A stretch of 17,719 nucleotides of DNA from Candidatus Nanohalobium sp. (GTDB lineage Archaea; Nanohalarchaeota; Nanosalinia; Nanosalinales; Nanosalinaceae), in contig JBDGSM010000008.1 of the NCBI GenBank assembly GCA_042217545.1, positions 1-17,719 of the forward strand, in the 5' to 3' direction. Under the pieces are notes generated by a model. That model was not told the origin of the DNA, did not search any database, and was given only the letters and a program-made list of their open reading frames with translations. This document shows, one piece after another, positions 10,342-17,405 of this stretch. The first letter of the stretch is position 1; the number at the start of each line of letters is the position of its first letter. The translations under genes were made by a program, and so were the position numbers.

Positions 10342-11226
10342 ATGAAACTGGGAATAGTCTACGGTGAGATATCTACCAAGCACCAGATGATAATGGAGAG
10401 AGCTGAAGACATCTTCGACTCCGTCCTTGCAGCTCCAATCGACGGTGTAAAGTTTATACACGGCGAAAACGAGTCCAAAGTCCTATACAAGGACGCAGAC
10501 CTTACAGATTTCGACGCTGTATACATTAGGATCGCCGACAACGACATGATGTTCGCAGAACACCTTGTAGAGGTACTCAACGATGCAGGGGTCGTGACAC
10601 AGGCTCAAAACGATACATACGCCTACGAATCCAACAAGTTCTACAGCATGAAGATACTGGCGGAAAACGGAGTCCAAGTGCCGGACAGCGTCTACACCTT
10701 AAGCCCGGAGGTCGCGGTAGAAGCCGCTGAAGGCCTCGGATACCCCGTCATCATGAAAACGGTCAGGGGCGCAGGAGGAGAAGGAGTCATGCGCGCAGGA
10801 TCGGAAAACGAGTTAAAACCTGTTATGGATACAATGAAGTCGCTGGAACAGGAGATCTGCCTCCAGGAGTTCAAGGAGCACGGCGGCCAAGACACCAGGA
10901 TAATCTCAATAGGCGACTACATCACCGCATACTCAAGAAGCAGCGGAGGAAACGGCTGGCGCTCCAACATATCAGGAGGCGGAGAAAGAGTAGAAGCCAA
11001 CGTAACTGAGGAAATGAAAAAGGCCGCCTACAGATCCTGCAAAGCAGTAGGATTCGACATCGGAGGCAGCGACGTCATAGACACAGAAGAAGGACCATAC
11101 GTACTCGAGGTCAACGGATCATTCGGAATCAGCGAAGAAATGAACCAGATAATCGGAGAAGACGTCGTACTGAAAATGGTAGAAAGAATGCACGAAAGAG
11201 CACTGCAGAACAAGAGAGAAAACTAG
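10342..11226 (+). CDS. RimK/LysX/MptN-family ATP-grasp amino-acid (glutamate) ligase
   Basis: SNKFYSMKILAENGVQVP, YPVIMKTVRGAGGEGV, QEF..GQDTR, WRSNISGGG and GSDVI..GPYVLEVN motifs. Confidence 0.9.
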   Translation: MKLGIVYGEISTKHQMIMERAEDIFDSVLAAPIDGVKFIHGENESKVLYKDADLTDFDAVYIRIADNDMMFAEHLVEVLNDAGVVTQAQNDTYAYESNKFYSMKILAENGVQVPDSVYTLSPEVAVEAAEGLGYPVIMKTVRGAGGEGVMRAGSENELKPVMDTMKSLEQEICLQEFKEHGGQDTRIISIGDYITAYSRSSGGNGWRSNISGGGERVEANVTEEMKKAAYRSCKAVGFDIGGSDVIDTEEGPYVLEVNGSFGISEEMNQIIGEDVVLKMVERMHERALQNKREN

Positions 11227-12152
11227 AGCTCAGTCAGTGCATCGATCAATGCCTCCACTCCAGGCCTCTCATACTCTTCTTCACCCTCACTGTCACTGAA
11301 GTACATACCCGGCTTCGAATTCAGCTCCAGAACGTAAGGCCTGTCCTCTTCTGAGATAATGAAGTCAACGGAAAACAAGCAAGGCCTGTAACCTTCCAGT
11401 CGTTCACTTACCTCTCTTGCCAGGCTCATAACTTCTCCGGGAACATTCTCCAGATCGATATAAGTTATAGAACCGTCCTCTGCCACGTTGCTCACCTCTT
11501 CCTCGCTCTTTGGAGTTCTGACATATGTATAGACCGGCTCATTGTCGACGAAGACGATCCTGAGATCATGCTGTTCTCCTTCGACACCGGGAAGCGGAAC
11601 CTCCGAGGCCTTAACGAACTCCTGGACGACGTACTCCACGTCTTCCTCCAGTTCAAGGCCTTCACTGCTTTCGATTATGTGTACGTCTTCTCCGCCATGA
11701 CCGAACCGTGGCTTGACAACTACTTTACCGTGTTCTTCGATCATGTCCTCTAGGAACTCTTCACTTGATGTGTCCGGAAACATCTCAGGGAACTCCTCCG
11801 CGGAACGCAGCTTGTCCTTGCAGAACTTCTCCAGCTCGAAATCATTCACAACCGGTAAATCGGCGTTCAGAGCCTTCTTCACAGGTTCAGTTTCATCGTT
11901 GAAAGGGAACTTGTCGAAGGCACCGTCAAGATCGACATCAGAAACCAGCTCCCATCCAGTGCCTGTCCAGCGGAACGCCTTACTCAGTTTTCCATCCCCG
12001 TACCAGTTGTAGTGTCCGTAGAAAAGTTCAAGGCCTTTCCTCTCTGCGATCTCGGAGTAGCTCTGGTAGTCACGGTTCTGGTAATCCTTGCTGAAAGGTT
12101 TTTCGCCTTTCGATATTGCATCCCCCCAGATAACGCCGATACTCTCTGTCAT
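11223..12152 (-). CDS. ATP-grasp ligase, paralogue 3 (RimK/YheCD-like)
   Basis: CKDK, VKPRFGHGGEDV, VQEFV, HDLR, SNVA, SVDF and LELNSKPG motifs. Confidence 0.88.
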   Translation of the reverse strand: MTESIGVIWGDAISKGEKPFSKDYQNRDYQSYSEIAERKGLELFYGHYNWYGDGKLSKAFRWTGTGWELVSDVDLDGAFDKFPFNDETEPVKKALNADLPVVNDFELEKFCKDKLRSAEEFPEMFPDTSSEEFLEDMIEEHGKVVVKPRFGHGGEDVHIIESSEGLELEEDVEYVVQEFVKASEVPLPGVEGEQHDLRIVFVDNEPVYTYVRTPKSEEEVSNVAEDGSITYIDLENVPGEVMSLAREVSERLEGYRPCLFSVDFIISEEDRPYVLELNSKPGMYFSDSEGEEEYERPGVEALIDALTEL

Positions 12153-13090
12153 TCTTTACTGGCCAGTTCTTCGACCGCTTTCACAATTTTCAGCATCCAG
12201 GGCCTCTCCCATTCCTTACTCCGCCCCGGTCCATGGTAGTAAACACCTGGCTGGGAATTTAACTCGACCAGGTAAGGTTCTTCTGCGATCATGAAGTCCA
12301 CAGTGTAGACCACAGGCCTGAAATCGCTGAGCCGGTCCGCAACTTTCTGGACCCAGCCCATAACATTCTCTGGAACTTCTTCAAGATCTATATACCTCTT
12401 TGAACCTCCCTGGGCCACGTTCGAAAGCACGGAGTCCTCTCCGGGGATCCTCAGGTAACTTCCAACTACTTCATTGTTCACAACCAGGATACGCAGGTCG
12501 TGAGGCCCTTCAACATCGAGTTCGGGGATAGCTGCGTCCTCAACAAACTCCTGGACCAGGACGTTCTCAGGATCCCCGACATCGTACTCATCCATGGACT
12601 CGATGACACGGATTCCCTCGCCAGAAGATCCGTACCGCGGCTTAAGTATTGCTTTTCCGAACTCCTCCAGCATCTGCTCCACGTTCTCACGCGAGGCCTT
12701 CTCTGTCGCCGGCATGAACTCAGGGAACTCCTCGTAGGTCTCCAGCTTGTCCTGGCAGAGATCAGCGACGTCAGGATCGTTCAGTATCCCGACCTCTTTC
12801 CTCATCTGCTGCTTCAGCTCATATTTCTCTTTATCATGCCGGAATAGGTCGTAGACGCCGTCAAGTTCGACATCTTCTACTTTTTCCCATTCATTTTCGT
12901 TCCAGCGGAAGGCCTTCTCCATCTTTCCATCGCTGTACCCGCGGTACTCGCCGCAGACAACGTTAACGCCTTTTTCCCGCAGAAGCTCGGTGTACTCCGC
13001 GTAGTCATCGCATTTCCACTGCTTGTCAAAAGGCCTGTCCCTATCAAACTCTACCTCGTTCTCCCACCACAGGAAAGCTATAGTCTTCAT
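12149..13090 (-). CDS. ATP-grasp ligase, paralogue 2 (RimK/YheCD-like)
   Basis: CQDK, LKPRYGSSGEGI, VQEFV, HDLR, SNVAQGG, TVDF and VELNSQPG motifs. Confidence 0.88.
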   Translation of the reverse strand: MKTIAFLWWENEVEFDRDRPFDKQWKCDDYAEYTELLREKGVNVVCGEYRGYSDGKMEKAFRWNENEWEKVEDVELDGVYDLFRHDKEKYELKQQMRKEVGILNDPDVADLCQDKLETYEEFPEFMPATEKASRENVEQMLEEFGKAILKPRYGSSGEGIRVIESMDEYDVGDPENVLVQEFVEDAAIPELDVEGPHDLRILVVNNEVVGSYLRIPGEDSVLSNVAQGGSKRYIDLEEVPENVMGWVQKVADRLSDFRPVVYTVDFMIAEEPYLVELNSQPGVYYHGPGRSKEWERPWMLKIVKAVEELASKE

Positions 13091-13097
13091 AACGGCG

Positions 13098-14048
13098 CTA
13101 GGCCTCTAAGCGCTTTCTCAGCATTTTCAGGATGTTTTTGATCTTCGGGATCTCTTTCTCCTTCTCCTTGACTTCGTGATGGTAGTACGTACCTGGCTTG
13201 GAGTTCAGTTCGACGACCCACGGCTTCAGATCCTCGTCAAACATGATGTCAACGGAGAAGATCGCCGGCTGGTACTTTTCAAACTCCTCCTTTATCTCGT
13301 CGATGATCTCGACGACTTCTTCCGGAAGCTCTTCTCTTGAGATGTATTTCTGGTTTCCTCCACGTGAAATATTCGATATAAGGCCTTCTTCTGGCACGCG
13401 GACGTAGTTCCCGTTCTGGATCTCGCCGTCGATGACTATCGTTCTCAGGTCGTGAGGTCCTTCCACGCCCCATTCAGGGTATCCGTCGGTTGCGATGAAA
13501 CGCTGGACGATGAAATCTTCCTGGTTCTCCGGTTCCTCAAAGTCCTCCAGTTCCTCGATAACTTCTACTCCGTGGCCTGCGAAGCCGTAGCGTGGTTTGA
13601 ATACGAACATGCCGTACTTCTCCAGCATCTTGGAGGCGTTTTCGATCGTTGCTTCCCTGGTTTCGGCGATCCTGTCCGGGAACAGTTCGTAGGTCTTCAG
13701 CTTGTCCTTGCAGATCTCCTCCAGTTCAGGATTGTTCACAGCGCCGACATCCTCGAAAATTTCCTTCTTCAGCTTCTTTGTCTCACGGTCGAACTTGAAC
13801 TTGTCGTAAACCAGATCAAGCTCGATATCCTCCACTTTCTCCCATTCACTTCCGTTCCAGTAGAAGGCCTTTTCCAGTTTTCCATTCTCGTACCATTTGT
13901 ATTTAGCTATGTAGACTTTCAGGCCTTCCTCTTTCCCGAGTTCAGTATACTTTGCGAAGTCCCTGCTCCGGTCGCCTCCGAAAGGATCTTCTCTGTCCCA
14001 TTCTACCTCTGCATCCCACAGGAATCCGACGACTTGTTCTCCTGTCAT
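13098..14048 (-). CDS. ATP-grasp ligase, paralogue 1 (RimK/YheCD-like); start revised to ATG 14048
   Basis: CKDK, FKPRYGFAGHGV, VQRFI, HDLR, SNISRGG, SVDI and VELNSKPG motifs. MTGEQVVGFLW aligns with the paralogue starts MKTIAFLW and MTESIGVIW. Confidence 0.88.
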   Translation of the reverse strand: MTGEQVVGFLWDAEVEWDREDPFGGDRSRDFAKYTELGKEEGLKVYIAKYKWYENGKLEKAFYWNGSEWEKVEDIELDLVYDKFKFDRETKKLKKEIFEDVGAVNNPELEEICKDKLKTYELFPDRIAETREATIENASKMLEKYGMFVFKPRYGFAGHGVEVIEELEDFEEPENQEDFIVQRFIATDGYPEWGVEGPHDLRTIVIDGEIQNGNYVRVPEEGLISNISRGGNQKYISREELPEEVVEIIDEIKEEFEKYQPAIFSVDIMFDEDLKPWVVELNSKPGTYYHHEVKEKEKEIPKIKNILKMLRKRLEA

Positions 14049-14074
14049 AACCCGGTATTTTCGCGTCAACGTAC

Positions 14075-14080
14075 TTTAAA
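14075..14080. promoter_or_regulatory. Putative bidirectional TATA box TTTAAA
   Basis: Palindromic hexamer about 26-27 nt from both divergent ATGs (14048 on minus, 14106 on plus). Confidence 0.55.
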
Positions 14081-14105
14081 CCTTCCGAACACCAATCCCT
14101 GAAAC

Positions 14106-15323
14106 ATGACAGATATCCAGGAACTCCATGACTTGGAAGGCCTTGAAAACCCGGAACCCAGTTTCAACCAGGAGGAACTTGTGGAAGAACTCTCGGAAGC
14201 AGGGAAAACCCTGCTGGACAAGGCCTCCTGGATCAAGAACATCAAGATAGAAAACAAGATCGCGGAAAGAGAAAGATTCAAAGAGAAAAGAGATAAGGAC
14301 GAAGATTTCAGGCCTGACTTCGAATACAGAGAGTTTCCACACGACGAGGAAAAGCTGCTGAACGTCCTGGATCAATGTATTCAGGCCTCCCAGGAGATTT
14401 CCGCAGAGCATATGGAGAAATTCGGCGCAGAAAAGATTTCCGCGGAAGACATGAGAGAGTTCTTCAGCGGAATCTTCGAGGAACTGAAACTTTACGTCAA
14501 ACTAGGTGCGAACATTGAAAGCGAGGAGGCCTGGAGGAAGTACTCGGAAAAGATCTGGCCTCTTCCAGAAAAAGAAACTGTGGAGAACTCACGTGAGAAA
14601 CTGGAAGGCCTTGAACCGCAGAGTATGGAGAAGAATGTTTCTCCTGAGGAGCTTGCGGAGATGTTCGAGGACGAGCTTGAGAGGCTGGGCGTCGAGTACG
14701 ACGTGGAGATCAGAGATGTCGGAGGATGCTACAACATCCCGGAAGAACGTACAGTCGTTGTCGCCCGCGGAGATGAAGAGGAGAGACACTATTCAAGGCC
14801 TGAGGCGGAGATGTTGACGATGCACGAACTTTTCCATGCTATGAGGGCGTTGAACGGTTTCGAAGCAGGTAGAGAATCAGGTTTCCCGGAGATTTTAGGC
14901 CTTCACACGCCTTTCTACGATCAGACGGAGGAGGGCGGCGCTATCTTCCGTGAGCATGCGACAGGTACAAGTTTTGAGGACAAGGAGTTCGATTACCATC
15001 TCCGTTTGGTCGCTGCCGTGGAGATAGCGGAGAGCGATGATTATCTGGAAGAGTTCACAGATATTGTTGAGAAGTTGATAGACCTCGGTGGAAGCGTTGA
15101 TAGAAGCTTCTATCTCGTAGCAAGGAACCGTGAGGCCTTGAGGCATCATATCTACCAGACCGGCTTCTATGAAGAATGGAAGGATCTGGAGGAGCGGTGG
15201 CCTCTACTGGTTGGAAAGGTCAACAGTGAGTGGGCGGAGAAACTGCGTGAAGAGGTTGAGGCAGAGGGAATGTTTGAGAGGCCTCTGGTCGGCGAAGAAG
15301 AGCTTTTTGATTTCAGTTATTAA
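14106..15323 (+). CDS. DUF1704 / MATCAP-like (tyrosine/phenylalanine carboxypeptidase domain) zinc metallopeptidase
   Basis: MHELFHAMRALNG zinc motif, downstream TEEGGA third-ligand motif, N-terminal PDFEYR and C-terminal IYQTG..LLVGKV, all typical of this family. Confidence 0.8.
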   Translation: MTDIQELHDLEGLENPEPSFNQEELVEELSEAGKTLLDKASWIKNIKIENKIAERERFKEKRDKDEDFRPDFEYREFPHDEEKLLNVLDQCIQASQEISAEHMEKFGAEKISAEDMREFFSGIFEELKLYVKLGANIESEEAWRKYSEKIWPLPEKETVENSREKLEGLEPQSMEKNVSPEELAEMFEDELERLGVEYDVEIRDVGGCYNIPEERTVVVARGDEEERHYSRPEAEMLTMHELFHAMRALNGFEAGRESGFPEILGLHTPFYDQTEEGGAIFREHATGTSFEDKEFDYHLRLVAAVEIAESDDYLEEFTDIVEKLIDLGGSVDRSFYLVARNREALRHHIYQTGFYEEWKDLEERWPLLVGKVNSEWAEKLREEVEAEGMFERPLVGEEELFDFSY

Positions 15324-15347
15324 GAATTGAGTTCGGAGTAAGAATCT

Positions 15348-15731
15348 ATGCCGAAGAAAATCATGCTTGACACGAACTTCCTGGTCGCGCCGTTCCAGCT
15401 ATCGATAGATCTCTTTGAGGATATTGACAGGAACTATCCTGTGAACGAGGTCTATACGCTTCAGGATGCAGTTCAGGAGGCGAAATCGATCGAGGAGGGC
15501 AGGTACGGGAAGCTGGTTGAGAAGCTTATTGATACGCAAGATATCGAAGTCCTGGAAACTGAAGGAGAAGGCGAGGTGGATGATCTTCTGGTCGATATTT
15601 CGGATGAGTTCATAGTGGCTACGAACGATAAGGAGTTGAAGGAAAGACTTGTGGAGAGAGGTGCTGAGGTGCTGTTTATCAGATCGGGGAGCCACCTTGA
15701 AGTGGTTAACCGGTCCTCGGTAGGGTTTTAA
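15348..15731 (+). CDS. PIN-domain protein (Fcf1/Utp24-like, DUF188)
   Basis: MLDTNFL, VDD and VATNDKELK motifs. Conserved position upstream of rpoE1. Confidence 0.9.
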   Translation: MPKKIMLDTNFLVAPFQLSIDLFEDIDRNYPVNEVYTLQDAVQEAKSIEEGRYGKLVEKLIDTQDIEVLETEGEGEVDDLLVDISDEFIVATNDKELKERLVERGAEVLFIRSGSHLEVVNRSSVGF

Positions 15732-15778
15732 AAATTACTGCCGACCGCTTTAATGTCCCATAGAGGTAGAGGAATTTT

Positions 15779-16360
15779 ATGTACAAACGCGTAACAATTG
15801 AGGACTCAGTGAGAGTGCCGCCAAAGCACCTCGGAGACAACGTAGAGAAATCCGTAAAAGGAGGCCTTGCCTCGGAAGTCGAAGGAGAGATCTTCGAGGA
15901 GATCGGCGTAGTGATCGGTATAGAAGAAGTAAATTCAGTCGAAGGCGGAGAGATCGAGCCTGAGGACGGCGGAGTACATTACGACGTCGAATACCAGGCC
16001 TTAGTTTTCGAACCTGAGATGCATGAAGTCCTGAACGGCGAAGTAGTCGATATCACGGACTTCGGCGCGTTCGTACGAATCGGGCCTTTCGACGGCCTGT
16101 GCCACGTTTCACAGATCATGGACGAGTACGTCAACCTCGACGAAGAGAACACGATGCTCGTCTCCGAAGAGAACCAGTTCACACTTGAGAAAGGAGACAA
16201 CGTAGTAGCAAGAATAATCGCAGTCTCGCTGGAGAACAACGAGACCAACAAGATCAACCTGACGATGAGACAGCCAGGCCTCGGAAAAGAAGAATGGATC
16301 GAACAGTACGAGGAAGAAAAACAGGAAGCTGAAGAAGAGGAAGAAGGTGAGGAACAGTGA
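15779..16360 (+). CDS. rpoE1: DNA-directed RNA polymerase subunit E' (Rpo7)
   Basis: VRVPPKHLG and S1 domain GEVVDITDFGAFVRIGPFDGLCHVSQI; LTMRQPGLGKEEW. Confidence 0.96.
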   Translation: MYKRVTIEDSVRVPPKHLGDNVEKSVKGGLASEVEGEIFEEIGVVIGIEEVNSVEGGEIEPEDGGVHYDVEYQALVFEPEMHEVLNGEVVDITDFGAFVRIGPFDGLCHVSQIMDEYVNLDEENTMLVSEENQFTLEKGDNVVARIIAVSLENNETNKINLTMRQPGLGKEEWIEQYEEEKQEAEEEEEGEEQ

Positions 16361-16363
16361 TTC

Positions 16364-16462
16364 GAAATTTCAATGAAATTTCTGGATCTCGCAGAAACTC
16401 GAAAGAGTTTCGAGTGATTTCCGAAGGAAATGACTTCGCAAAAACTCACAGAGGTGAGTTTT
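16364..16462. repeat. Cluster of four short inverted repeats between rpoE1 and spt4
   Basis: GAAATTTCA-A-TGAAATTTC; GAAACTC-GAAA-GAGTTTC; ATTTCC-GAA-GGAAAT; AAAACTCAC-AGAG-GTGAGTTTT. Confidence 0.75.
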
Positions 16463-16464
16463 GA

Positions 16465-16653
16465 ATGGCTGAACGAGCTTGCAGAAACTGTAACCGTATC
16501 GTAGAGGACGCATCCGAGTGTCCTGTATGCAAAAACAATGATTTATCTGACTCCTGGAACGGGCTCGTAGTAGTCTACGACCCTGAAGACTCCGAGATCG
16601 CGGAAAGCATCGGAATCAGCACTCCAGGACGTTACGCAATCCGCGTCAAATAA
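16465..16653 (+). CDS. spt4: Transcription elongation factor Spt4 (RpoE'')
   Basis: ACRNC..CPVC zinc ribbon, LSDSWNGLVVVYDPEDSEIA and PGRYAIRV motifs. Confidence 0.95.
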   Translation: MAERACRNCNRIVEDASECPVCKNNDLSDSWNGLVVVYDPEDSEIAESIGISTPGRYAIRVK

Positions 16654-16669
16654 AGGTGTAAATTATATT

Positions 16670-17116
16670 ATGGAAGCTCAGATCGTATCTGTAAAGGAAA
16701 ACCCTCTTCTCGACAGGAGAGAGGCAGAAGTAGAAGTAAACCACGAAGAAGAGGCCACACCAAGCAAACAAGACGTTGCTGACAGGATAGCGGCAGAGAA
16801 CGGCCTCAACACGGACGAGATCGACGTAGATCACGTCTACACAGGCTACGGAAAACAGACATCCAAGGCCTTCCTCAAGATCTACCAGAAGTTCGACTAC
16901 GATGAAGAACTGGAAGAGGAGACCATCGAGGAAGAAGAGGAAGACGTCCAGGTAACAGAAGAATACGCAGACATCGTCTCAGGAACCATTACAGAGGCGA
17001 AGGAAGCACTGAACGACATGGACGAACCTGACTTCAAGGCCGCGCTCAACGCGGAGAAGAACAACAAGGACAGGAAAACCCTCAAAGAATGGCTCAACAA
17101 CCAGATCGAAGGCTGA
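16670..17116 (+). CDS. rps24e: 30S ribosomal protein S24e (eS24) with C-terminal extension
   Basis: ENPLLDRRE, ATPSK and TGYG..KIY signatures, followed by an acidic linker and an extra ~50-aa domain. Confidence 0.9.
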   Translation: MEAQIVSVKENPLLDRREAEVEVNHEEEATPSKQDVADRIAAENGLNTDEIDVDHVYTGYGKQTSKAFLKIYQKFDYDEELEEETIEEEEEDVQVTEEYADIVSGTITEAKEALNDMDEPDFKAALNAEKNNKDRKTLKEWLNNQIEG

Positions 17117-17154
17117 AGGCCTTCTCTTAAATCTCTTCACGAGGTGAAGACATT

Positions 17155-17304
17155 ATGGGAAAGCATGAAGTAGTCCAGCTACACGAGAAATACAACGAAG
17201 ACGGAAGCTACGAAGGAGAGAAATGCCCGAGATGCGGATCTTTCCTTGCAGAACACGACGACCGCAAAAGCTGCGGCAAATGCGGCTACACAAAACACCA
17301 GTAA
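17155..17304 (+). CDS. rps27ae: 30S ribosomal protein S27ae (eS31), not in the ORF track
   Basis: Manual translation [53 protein letters not shown]...CGKCGY zinc ribbon. GAGGTGA SD upstream. Confidence 0.95.
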   Translation: MGKHEVVQLHEKYNEDGSYEGEKCPRCGSFLAEHDDRKSCGKCGYTKHQ

Positions 17305-17306
17305 AA

Positions 17307-17358
17307 AGGCCTTCCTGAAGGCCTCTGGCACATATACTTACTTTTCCTTTTCCCTTCA
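17307..17358 (+). terminator. Putative terminator after rps27ae
   Basis: AGGCCTTC-CT-GAAGGCCT inverted repeat followed by a pyrimidine tract (CTTTTCCTTTTCCCTTC). Confidence 0.45.
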
Positions 17359-17405
17359 ACCTCTATTCTGACAATTATTTAACTCTCGCACGGGAACCTT
17401 CCTGC

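Noticed and set aside
10342..11226. Assignment as lysX/argX, cofF or gshB
   Set aside because: There is no lysW or other pathway gene nearby, and motifs alone do not determine the substrate.
14049..14069. TTG start at 14069 for ATP-grasp paralogue 1
   Set aside because: Paralogue N-termini and TATA spacing favour ATG 14048.
7952..15347. Ligase block as a mobile element or RiPP (graspetide) cluster
   Set aside because: I saw no integrase, transposase or terminal repeats, and no precursor peptide gene within the block.
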